Source of the DNA: an uncultured Pseudomonadota bacterium
Lineage (GTDB): Bacteria > Pseudomonadota > Gammaproteobacteria > Methylococcales > Methylomonadaceae
Direction: 5' to 3'
Length of the DNA: 42,550 nucleotides
NCBI GenBank assembly: GCA_903953455.1
Contig: CAJBJW010000317.1
Coordinates: forward strand, 1-42,550
The position numbers and the translations under genes are program-made. Positions 35,067-42,550 of this stretch are shown one piece after another (the first letter of the stretch is position 1; each line of letters starts with the position of its first letter). Under the pieces are notes generated by a model. The model was given only the letters and a program-made list of their open reading frames with translations. It was not told where the DNA came from and did no database searches.

Positions 35067-36749
35067 ATGAGCGAAAGCTTTGCTGCATTACTTGAAGAGA
35101 GTTTAACCCATACCAAAATGAGTCCGGGTGCTATGTTAATTGGTACAGTTATCGATATCGAAAACGATATGGTAATTGTTAGCACGCATTCTAAATCAGA
35201 AGGCGTGATTCCAAAATGGCAATTTTTGAACGCGAATGGCGAACTTGAAATTTCAGTGGGTGATGAAATTGAAGTGGCTTTAGATTTATTTGAAGATGGA
35301 TTAGGTTCAACCATCTTATCGCGCGATAAAGCAAAGAAAAATAAAGCTTGGTTTGAATTGGAAACGGCATTTGAAAAAGATGCAACCATCATTGGTCGTA
35401 TCAACGGTAAAGTTCGCGGTGGTTTCACTGTTGATGTTGGCGCACTTCGTGCGTTCTTACCGGGTTCACTTGTTGACGTTCGTCCAATTCGTGACACAAC
35501 TTTCCTTGAAGGCCGTGACTTAGAATTTAAAGTCATCAAAATTGATCAAAAACGCAATAATGTTGTACTTTCACGTCGTGCAGTCGTTGAAAAAGAATAC
35601 AGCGCAGAACGTGAAGAATTGCTCAAAACCCTTGAAGAAGGTGCAAGCGTTATCGGTGTGGTTAAAAACTTAACAGATTACGGCGCGTTCATCGATTTAG
35701 GTGGCATTGACGGTTTACTCCACATCACCGATATGGCATGGAGACGCGTACGTCATCCATCAGAATGTGTGGAAATTGGTCAAGAAATCAAAGTTAAAGT
35801 CTTGAAATACGATAAAGATAAAAACCGTGTTTCTTTAGGCATGAAACAAATGGGTGAAGATCCATGGCAAAACATTGCACGTCGCTACCCAGCGGGCACA
35901 CGTGTATTTGGTAAAGTGAATAACTTAACCGATTACGGTTGCTTTGTTGAAATCGAAGAAGGCGTTGAAGGTCTTGTTCACGTTTCAGAAATGGACTGGA
36001 CAAACAAAAATGTGAATCCTTCACGTCTAGTTCAATTGGGCGATGATGTTGAAATCATGGTACTTGAAATCGACGAAGAACGTCGTCGTATTTCACTTGG
36101 CATGAAACAATGCAAACCCAATCCATGGGATGAATTTGCAGCAACACACAATAAAGGCGACAAAATCACTGGAAAAATCAAATCCATTACTGATTTTGGT
36201 ATTTTCATTGGTCTTGAAGGCGGTATTGATGGCCTTGTTCACATGTCTGATATTTCTTGGGCTGACGAAGGCGAAAATTCAGTTCGTGAATTCAAAAAAG
36301 GCGACGAACTTGAAACTGTTATTTTAGCGGTTGATTCTGAACGTGAACGTATTTCACTTGGCATCAAACAGCTAGAACAAGATCCATTCCAAAACTTCTT
36401 AGCGACACATGAAAAAGGCAGTGTTGTAAAAGGCACGATCAAAGAAGTTGATGCGAAAGGGGCAACAGTCACGTTAGAAGACGGCATTGAAGGCTACTTA
36501 AGAGCATCTGAAATTCAACGTGACCGTGTAGAAGATGCACGTACACTTTTGAAAGAAGGCGACAGTGTTGAAGCAAAATTCATTGGCATCGATAAAAAAG
36601 CGAAAACCATTAGCTTATCGATGAAACCCAAAGAAGAACATGTAGAAAAAGAACACACTATTTCTGCAAAAGAGTACGCTTCACAACAAAGCCAAAATGT
36701 TGCATCACCTACTTTAGGTGATATTTTCAAGCAACAAATGGAAAAATAA
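35067..36749 (+). CDS. rpsA: 30S ribosomal protein S1
   Basis: 560 aa with six S1 repeats. It is roughly 65% identical by eye to E. coli S1 ([13 protein letters not shown]..., [25 protein letters not shown]...). Confidence 0.98.
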   Translation: MSESFAALLEESLTHTKMSPGAMLIGTVIDIENDMVIVSTHSKSEGVIPKWQFLNANGELEISVGDEIEVALDLFEDGLGSTILSRDKAKKNKAWFELETAFEKDATIIGRINGKVRGGFTVDVGALRAFLPGSLVDVRPIRDTTFLEGRDLEFKVIKIDQKRNNVVLSRRAVVEKEYSAEREELLKTLEEGASVIGVVKNLTDYGAFIDLGGIDGLLHITDMAWRRVRHPSECVEIGQEIKVKVLKYDKDKNRVSLGMKQMGEDPWQNIARRYPAGTRVFGKVNNLTDYGCFVEIEEGVEGLVHVSEMDWTNKNVNPSRLVQLGDDVEIMVLEIDEERRRISLGMKQCKPNPWDEFAATHNKGDKITGKIKSITDFGIFIGLEGGIDGLVHMSDISWADEGENSVREFKKGDELETVILAVDSERERISLGIKQLEQDPFQNFLATHEKGSVVKGTIKEVDAKGATVTLEDGIEGYLRASEIQRDRVEDARTLLKEGDSVEAKFIGIDKKAKTISLSMKPKEEHVEKEHTISAKEYASQQSQNVASPTLGDIFKQQMEK

Positions 36750-36765
36750 AATCTTAAGATTTGAA

Positions 36766-36799
36766 GGGAGGTAGCGCTTTGTCGCACCTCCCTTTTTTT
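36766..36799 (+). terminator. Rho-independent terminator/attenuator between rpsA and ihfB
   Basis: GGGAGGT...ACCTCCC stem (36766-36792) followed by T7. Confidence 0.7.
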
Positions 36800-36817
36800 A
36801 TTTTGAAGGAAACACAA

Positions 36818-37123
36818 GTGACAAAATCTGAACTCATTGACATACTGGCAAAACAGCAATCCCATCTCGCGCTAAAAGACGTTGAATTAACCGTCAAATG
36901 TATTATAGAGCAAATGAATCAAGCCCTAGCGGCAGGTGAGCGTATTGAAATTAGAGGTTTCGGCAGCTTTTCATTGCGTCTTCGTCCACCACGCATGGGA
37001 CGTAATCCAAAAACAGGCGAATCAGTTGCCTTATCAAAAAAACATGTTCCGCATTTTAAACCCGGAAAAGAATTACGTGATCGCGTAAATGCGTCTTCAG
37101 AAAATTATAAGATTATTGACTAA
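36818..37123 (+). CDS. ihfB: Integration host factor subunit beta
   Basis: The ORF track starts at TTG 36761, inside the terminator. I prefer GTG 36818 ([14 protein letters not shown]...), preceded by GAAGGA. It has the IHF/HU fold motif [24 protein letters not shown]. Confidence 0.93.
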   Translation: MTKSELIDILAKQQSHLALKDVELTVKCIIEQMNQALAAGERIEIRGFGSFSLRLRPPRMGRNPKTGESVALSKKHVPHFKPGKELRDRVNASSENYKIID

Positions 37124-37167
37124 AATTGGGCCTATACGTTATCTAAACGCCTAATTTTACAATGATT

Positions 37168-37197
37168 AGCGCTGCTTTATTTAGCCGCGCTTTTTTT
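37168..37197 (+). terminator. Rho-independent terminator after ihfB
   Basis: AGCGCTGC-TTTATTTA-GCCGCGCT (7 of 8 bp paired) followed by T7. Confidence 0.6.
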
Positions 37198-37217
37198 GGC
37201 TGGTGACGATGTATTTT

Positions 37218-37850
37218 TTAAGCTTTTGCGTCAAGAATAATGCCTAATGGACTCTTACCTTGCAGATTTTGAGCAAGTGCATTTAAAAAACTCCCTAGAG
37301 TCGTTTTATTCTTTGCTCCCGCACCTTGCGCGTCCAAAATTTGCTGAAAACTATGATTTAATACTGCCATTTCTCCTAAATGACCTGTCCCTTCACGCTC
37401 TGCCGTTTCAAATTGATTGACTAATGCTTGTAAATTAGAAACGATATGATCAACCGCTGCACTTTCCTCTGAGGAATACGATGCAATGGCAAAATCGCTT
37501 GTTAACGTCGCTGATTGCGATTTTGTTTGTTGTTTAGCGGTCGCTGGTAATTGTTTTGTTTCTTTATCTCCCAAGATTGAAAATAAATCTTGAATGAAAT
37601 TACTGACCGACTTTTGAGAATCTTGGCCTTTTGCATTGGCTTTACTTGTGCCACTAATGACAGGTGCTAAAACCGCTGTTGGGTTAGCAACACCTATTTG
37701 TGCTAAAGCTTGACTGATGTATGATGTAAATGCGGACTGATTTGCCGCACGGTTTGCTAAATTACCATTATCCATGGTTGCCACTTTTGTAGTGGCTTGC
37801 GTATTATATATAGCAGTATTCGCAGCGGATGAAATATTAAAATCTGGCAT
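37218..37850 (-). CDS. Hypothetical protein, Ala/Ser/Thr/Gln/Asn-rich, no signal peptide (orphan)
   Basis: The 210-aa ORF fills the gap between ihfB and acnB. It has a recurring amphipathic motif (see findings). I recognise no family. Confidence 0.6.
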   Translation of the reverse strand: MPDFNISSAANTAIYNTQATTKVATMDNGNLANRAANQSAFTSYISQALAQIGVANPTAVLAPVISGTSKANAKGQDSQKSVSNFIQDLFSILGDKETKQLPATAKQQTKSQSATLTSDFAIASYSSEESAAVDHIVSNLQALVNQFETAEREGTGHLGEMAVLNHSFQQILDAQGAGAKNKTTLGSFLNALAQNLQGKSPLGIILDAKA

Positions 37851-37929
37851 GACGAACCTCGCCTTTATTAGGCAATGAAATCAAATAAAATAAATTGTAT
37901 GTTGCACGCGATAATTGCGCCCTTAACCT

Positions 37930-37950
37930 ATTGTCGGAATTTTCGACAAT
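37930..37950. promoter_or_regulatory. 7-bp inverted repeat in the divergent orphan/acnB promoter region
   Basis: ATTGTCG-GAATTTT-CGACAAT lies 69 nt upstream of the acnB ATG and 80 nt upstream of the orphan ATG. Confidence 0.3.
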
Positions 37951-38018
37951 TACTTTAAAAATAAAATGCCCTAAATGCTATTTACTTATTTTACTTTTAT
38001 CAAAAACTCAGGATTCAT

Positions 38019-40568
38019 ATGTTAGAAAATTATCGCAAACATGTTGCAGAACGCGCCGATCAAGGCGTGGTACCCAAACCCCTAGATGCTAAGCAAGTTG
38101 CAGATTTATGTGAACTATTTAAAAACCCACCTGCAGGCGAGGAGTCAACGCTTTTAGATTTACTTGAAAACCGTATACCCGCAGGTGTTGATGAAGCGGC
38201 GTATGTAAAAGCAGGATTTTTATTCTCTATCGCGAAAAAAGAAACAAGCTCACCCATATTAACGCCTGAGCATGCATCGCAATTACTTGGAACCATGCTC
38301 GGCGGTTACAATATTGCACCATTAATCGAATTGCTTGATAGTGATAACATCGACATATGCGCTATTGCTGCACACGGTTTATCACACACTCTTCTTATTT
38401 TTGATGCATTCCACGACATTCAAGCTAAAGCGAACTCGGGCAATAAATTTGCTGCGCAAGTGATGCAGTCATGGGCGCAGGCAGAGTGGTTTACAGCAAA
38501 AACTGCCGTGCCTAAAAAACTGACCGTCACCGTATTTAAAGTGACCGGTGAAACAAATACTGATGATTTATCACCCGCCCCAGATGCGTGGTCACGACCC
38601 GACATTCCACTGCACGCAAAAGCCATGCTCAAAATGCCCCGTGAAGGCATCAACAATGCAGAACTGCAAATTGATGAACTCAAACTAAAAGGCTTTCCTG
38701 TTGCGTATGTGGGCGATGTTGTTGGTACGGGTTCTTCTCGTAAATCGGCAACTAACTCTGTTTTGTGGTTTATGGGCAATGATATCCCCTATATTCCAAA
38801 CAAACGTGAAGGCGGCGTATGTATTGGCGGTAAAATTGCGCCTATTTTTTTCAATACGATGGAAGACTCTGGCGCGTTGCCCTTTGAATGTGACGTTAGT
38901 CAATTGCACATGGGGGATGTGATTGATATTTATCCCTATCAAGGGGAAGTACGTCATCATGAAAGCAATGAAGTCATTTGCCGCTTTGAATTAAAAACCG
39001 ATGTACTGCTCGATGAAGTTCGTGCTGGAGGGCGTATTCCGTTAATTATTGGACGAGGTCTCACAGATAGAGCGCGAATTGCATTAAATTTAGCTCCATC
39101 AACCGTATTCAAACGCCCAGCAGATGAACAAGACAGCGGCAAAGGCTTCACACTTGCGCAAAAAATGGTGGGCAAAGCGTGTGGCGTCGTAGGTGTGCGC
39201 CCAAACACTTACTGTGAACCACAAATGACCACCGTCGGCTCTCAAGATACAACAGGCCCCATGACACGTGATGAATTGAAAGACTTAGCGTGTTTAGGCT
39301 TCTCGGCCGATCTTGTAATGCAATCATTCTGTCATACGGCGGCTTATCCAAAACCCATTGACATTACCATGCAAAATACGCTACCAGACTTCATTATGAA
39401 TCGCGGTGGTGTATCGCTTCGAGCAGGTGATGGGATTATTCATTCATGGCTCAATCGTATGCTGTTACCCGACACCGTGGGTACAGGCGGGGATTCGCAT
39501 ACACGCTTTCCTATTGGCATCTCTTTTCCAGCCGGATCGGGATTGGTTGCCTTTGCCGCTGCAACAGGCGTGATGCCACTGGATATGCCTGAATCCGTAC
39601 TCGTGCGCTTTAGTGGTGAAATGCAACCCGGCATTACCTTGCGTGATTTAGTGAATGCGATTCCCTACGCAGCCATTCAGCGCGGGTTACTCACGGTGGA
39701 TAAAAAAGGCAAAAAGAATGTCTTTTCTGGTCGGATTTTAGAAATTGAAGGGTTGCCCAATTTAAAAGTTGAGCAAGCCTTTGAATTATCTGATGCATCA
39801 GCCGAGCGCAGTGCGGCAGGCTGTACGGTAAAATTAAACCCAGCGCCTATTGAGGAATACTTAAATTCAAACATCACGCTTTTAAAATGGATGATTTCAC
39901 AAGGGTATGGGGATGTTCGCACCATTGAGCGACGCATTGCTAAAATGCAAGATTGGCTAGCCAGTCCCGTTTTACTTGAAGCGGACGGCGATGCCGAATA
40001 TTTTGAAATTATTGATATCAATTTAAACGACATTAAAGAACCGCTACTCGCCTGCCCAAATGATCCCGATGATATTAAAACGCTTTCTGACGTTGCGGGA
40101 ACAGTCATCGATGAAGTATTCCTTGGATCTTGTATGACCAATATTGGCCATTTCCGCGCAGCGGGGAATTTACTCAAGCAACAAAAAGGGGATTTACCTA
40201 GCAAACTTTGGATTGCACCGCCAACCAAAATGGACGTCACTCAGCTCACACAAGAGGGTTACTACGATACCTTTGAAAAAGCCGGTGTACGACTCGAAAT
40301 GCCCGGCTGCTCACTTTGCATGGGCAATCAAGCTCGCGTTAAAGAAGGTGCTACGGTCGTATCAACGTCTACGAGAAACTTCCCAAATCGTTTAGGCGAC
40401 AACACGAATGTGTTTTTATCATCAGCAGAGCTGGCAGCGGTTTGCTCTATTTTGGGCAAAATTCCAACATTTGAGGAATATATGCACTATACAATGATGC
40501 ACACCCAAAATGCAGATGAAACGTATCGTTATTTAAATTTTGATCAAATTGATGAATACCACGTTTAG
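38019..40568 (+). CDS. acnB: Aconitate hydratase B / 2-methylisocitrate dehydratase
   Basis: 849 aa with the AcnB-specific N-terminus MLENYRKHVAERADQGVVPKPLDAKQ and Fe-S ligand contexts GSCMTN and PGCSLCMGNQ. Confidence 0.96.
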   Translation: MLENYRKHVAERADQGVVPKPLDAKQVADLCELFKNPPAGEESTLLDLLENRIPAGVDEAAYVKAGFLFSIAKKETSSPILTPEHASQLLGTMLGGYNIAPLIELLDSDNIDICAIAAHGLSHTLLIFDAFHDIQAKANSGNKFAAQVMQSWAQAEWFTAKTAVPKKLTVTVFKVTGETNTDDLSPAPDAWSRPDIPLHAKAMLKMPREGINNAELQIDELKLKGFPVAYVGDVVGTGSSRKSATNSVLWFMGNDIPYIPNKREGGVCIGGKIAPIFFNTMEDSGALPFECDVSQLHMGDVIDIYPYQGEVRHHESNEVICRFELKTDVLLDEVRAGGRIPLIIGRGLTDRARIALNLAPSTVFKRPADEQDSGKGFTLAQKMVGKACGVVGVRPNTYCEPQMTTVGSQDTTGPMTRDELKDLACLGFSADLVMQSFCHTAAYPKPIDITMQNTLPDFIMNRGGVSLRAGDGIIHSWLNRMLLPDTVGTGGDSHTRFPIGISFPAGSGLVAFAAATGVMPLDMPESVLVRFSGEMQPGITLRDLVNAIPYAAIQRGLLTVDKKGKKNVFSGRILEIEGLPNLKVEQAFELSDASAERSAAGCTVKLNPAPIEEYLNSNITLLKWMISQGYGDVRTIERRIAKMQDWLASPVLLEADGDAEYFEIIDINLNDIKEPLLACPNDPDDIKTLSDVAGTVIDEVFLGSCMTNIGHFRAAGNLLKQQKGDLPSKLWIAPPTKMDVTQLTQEGYYDTFEKAGVRLEMPGCSLCMGNQARVKEGATVVSTSTRNFPNRLGDNTNVFLSSAELAAVCSILGKIPTFEEYMHYTMMHTQNADETYRYLNFDQIDEYHV

Positions 40569-40575
40569 GCTAAAT

Positions 40576-41094
40576 TTAGGGTAAAAGTGTTTTTTTTGCT
40601 AAATTTATTTTAGCGGCTAAATACGTTGAACCACCGCGATCTGGATGCATTTTTTGCATCAGTTTTCGGTGGGCAGTCACAATATCAGATTGAGATGCCT
40701 GCGGTGTTAAACCTAAAACATCGTAGGCTTCTTCTCGCGACATTTTGTTTCCACTAGGTGTATGATGCGATCTTTCATGGAAACCCTCTTGCGTTGAATC
40801 AGTATGCCCTTGCTCAAAACGCGTGTTTTTCCATTGCATCCAAAGCTTTTGAATCGATTGCCAATGCGGCATAATATGCATCGCGGCAGGTAATAGACGA
40901 AATAAAAACGTCACGGTCATAATAATGAAGGCAAAAAACCAATTGAGTCGCCCCGTTGCCAGTAAATAGCTAAACAACATACCAAAAATGCTAATCAACA
41001 AAATTTTGCCATACTTTTTAAGTGTCGCTGATGGCGTTTGCATTAATGCTTGCGCGATAAAAAAGGCGACTAAAAATAAAATAATTTGTTGCAC
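40576..41094 (-). CDS. Membrane-anchored J-domain protein
   Basis: 172 aa with three N-terminal hydrophobic helices, a His-rich linker and a C-terminal J domain (EEAYDVLGL...[12 protein letters not shown]) carrying the HPD motif. Confidence 0.8.
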   Translation of the reverse strand: MQQIILFLVAFFIAQALMQTPSATLKKYGKILLISIFGMLFSYLLATGRLNWFFAFIIMTVTFLFRLLPAAMHIMPHWQSIQKLWMQWKNTRFEQGHTDSTQEGFHERSHHTPSGNKMSREEAYDVLGLTPQASQSDIVTAHRKLMQKMHPDRGGSTYLAAKINLAKKTLLP

Positions 41095-41147
41095 ACCCCA
41101 CCCTCTTTTTAAATTTTAATGAACCATTTTTCTTTTTACGGCTGTAA

Positions 41148-41678
41148 ATGATGACAAGTAACTTTTCAACGATTCCTGTACTGGGTTTTGCTGCAGCCAG
41201 CGGCACAGGAAAAACCACCTTAATTACGCAAGTTTTACCTTTACTCAAGGCCTCTGGTTTGCGCGTGGGACTCGTTAAACACAGCCATCATAATTTTGAT
41301 ATTGATCACGTTGGAAAAGATAGCTTTCGTCTGCGTGAAGCTGGTGCAACCCCTGTTGTGCTGGTTTCAAAATACCGTCGCGCCATCATTGAAGAATTTT
41401 ATCATCAAACCGAACCGGAACTAGCTAGTCAACTTGCATTATTTTCGCCAGAGCAAGTTGATTTAATTTTAGTGGAAGGTTTTCGCAGTGAAGCCTTTGC
41501 TAAAATTGAGCTACATCGTCCAAGTTTAGGACAGGCGCTTTTATATCCCAATGATAACCATATTATCGCGCTTGCCAGTGACAGTACTTTAGATACTCCA
41601 CCTCACATACCATTATTAGATTTAAATCAGCCTGCTGAGATTGCGGCGTTTATTTTGCAGACTTTTTTGAAATCATGA
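41148..41678 (+). CDS. mobB: Molybdopterin-guanine dinucleotide biosynthesis adapter protein
   Basis: 176 aa with the P-loop GFAAASGTGKTTL and VKHSHHNFDIDHVGKDS. Confidence 0.9.
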   Translation: MMTSNFSTIPVLGFAAASGTGKTTLITQVLPLLKASGLRVGLVKHSHHNFDIDHVGKDSFRLREAGATPVVLVSKYRRAIIEEFYHQTEPELASQLALFSPEQVDLILVEGFRSEAFAKIELHRPSLGQALLYPNDNHIIALASDSTLDTPPHIPLLDLNQPAEIAAFILQTFLKS

Positions 41679-42550
41679 GCATTGAATCTTGCGTTATCTA
41701 TGAAAAACAACCGCTACTAAGTGTTAATGAGGCACAAGAGCGTATTTATGCAGCACTCACCCCACTCACCCAAAGTGAGCTTATTCCATTAAAACACGCG
41801 TTTGGGCGAACGTTAGCACACACAGTTTATGCGCCAAATAATCTGCCATTTGCTCGAAATTCCGCGATGGATGGGTATGCGTTTTGTAGCCAAGAAATGT
41901 CAACTAACTCACCCTTTACACTAACTCAAATTGGTGTTGTCTTTGCCGGCAGTCCTTTTAACGGTCAATTAAACAAAGGCGAGTGTGTGCGAATTTTCAC
42001 AGGTGGCGTCATACCTCATAATGCTGATTCGGTGATTATGCAAGAGCAAGTGAACGCACAGGATTCCAGTATCCATTTTCCATCAGACGTACAATTTGGC
42101 AAAAATATTCGTCAAATAGGAGAAGATGTAAGTGCAGGTGATCCGCTTTGCCTTGCACATAAAACGCTTAGCGCGATTGATTTAGGTTTTTTAGCCTCAG
42201 CAGGCATTGAAAATGTCAACGTTATACGAAAACTCAACATTGCATATTTTTCAACAGGTGATGAATTAATTGGCTTAGGTGAAAAGCTTACTAAAGGCAA
42301 AATTTACGATAGTAATCGCTACAGTTTGCATGGTTTATTGCAAAACCCCAATTATGACGTATTTGATGGCGGTGTCATAGCAGACAATCGCGATTTATTA
42401 AAACAAACGCTCCAGCAAGCTGCCGAAAAATATGATGTTGTGATTACCACGGGTGGCGCCTCTGTTGGTGAAGCCGATTACGTCAAAGATGTGTTAACAG
42501 AATGTGGCAGCGTCAATTTTTGGAAAATTGCCATGAAACCCGGCAAACCA
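41675..42550 (+). CDS. moeA: Molybdopterin molybdenumtransferase (partial; the 3' end lies beyond the window)
   Basis: Not in the ORF track because there is no stop. My translation from ATG 41675 (ATGA overlap with the mobB stop) is open for 292 codons: MSIESCVIYEKQPLLSVNEAQERI...SAMDGYAF...STGDEL...IYDSNR...TTGGASVGEADY...AMKPGKP. Confidence 0.9.
   Translation, partial: MSIESCVIYEKQPLLSVNEAQERIYAALTPLTQSELIPLKHAFGRTLAHTVYAPNNLPFARNSAMDGYAFCSQEMSTNSPFTLTQIGVVFAGSPFNGQLNKGECVRIFTGGVIPHNADSVIMQEQVNAQDSSIHFPSDVQFGKNIRQIGEDVSAGDPLCLAHKTLSAIDLGFLASAGIENVNVIRKLNIAYFSTGDELIGLGEKLTKGKIYDSNRYSLHGLLQNPNYDVFDGGVIADNRDLLKQTLQQAAEKYDVVITTGGASVGEADYVKDVLTECGSVNFWKIAMKPGKP

Noticed and set aside
35045-35539. 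164-aa minus-strand ORF (Ser/Pro/Lys-rich)
   Set aside because: It lies entirely antisense to the strongly supported rpsA gene. It has low-complexity composition, no SD and no family resemblance. It is a typical shadow ORF.
36515-36865. 116-aa minus-strand ORF spanning the rpsA 3' end, the terminator and the ihfB start
   Set aside because: It is antisense to two well-supported genes and crosses a terminator hairpin.
39677-40240. 187-aa minus-strand ORF, plus several 60-120-aa ORFs between 38060 and 40395
   Set aside because: All are embedded in acnB, either antisense or out of frame, and none has independent signals.
41018-41248. 76-aa minus-strand ORF across the J-protein/mobB divergent region
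   Set aside because: It overlaps the starts of both real genes and has no supporting signals.
1-42550. Scan for tRNA, rRNA, tmRNA or 6S genes, CRISPR repeats, IS elements or transposases, integrases, long direct repeats and prophage genes
   Set aside because: Nothing found. All intergenic regions are 291 nt or shorter and are accounted for by promoters and terminators. No repeat-spacer periodicity or terminal inverted repeats were seen by eye. An Infernal/Rfam and ISfinder run would be the decisive check.

Overview
This is a dense, AT-rich chromosomal segment that looks gammaproteobacterial, with about 39 protein-coding genes. It is mostly core housekeeping. That part comprises glgP-trmL-queG, ampD, leuS, the aceE-aceF-lpdA pyruvate dehydrogenase operon, ftsK, acs, aroA-cmk-rpsA-ihfB, acnB and mobB-moeA. 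I found no rRNA, tRNA, CRISPR array, IS element, integrase or prophage signature, and no recognisable defence-system architecture. Several stretches look accessory. (1) An LssB/LapB-type type I secretion ABC transporter, cut by the left window edge, sits with a TolC-family gene. (2) A 548-aa GT4-family glycosyltransferase lies between that T1SS and glgP. (3) A secreted helical orphan follows leuS. (4) Two paralogous stand-alone cyclic-nucleotide-binding (CNB) domain proteins lie in tandem. (5) A translationally coupled four-gene operon encodes a GH17-GT2 NdvB-like glucan synthase, a DUF445 protein, a YbfF-like esterase and LplT. (6) An intact PAP2 phosphatase lies next to what looks like an orphan C-terminal fragment of an ArnT/PMT-type GT-C glycosyltransferase. 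(7) A 210-aa low-complexity orphan with a recurring amphipathic motif lies between ihfB and acnB. My best candidate for something undescribed is the co-directional block 13288..19549, which combines the envelope glucan/lysolipid operon with the output-less CNB pair. The evidence for it is gene context and motifs only. I cannot show from sequence alone that it is a single functional system, and most of the window is ordinary.
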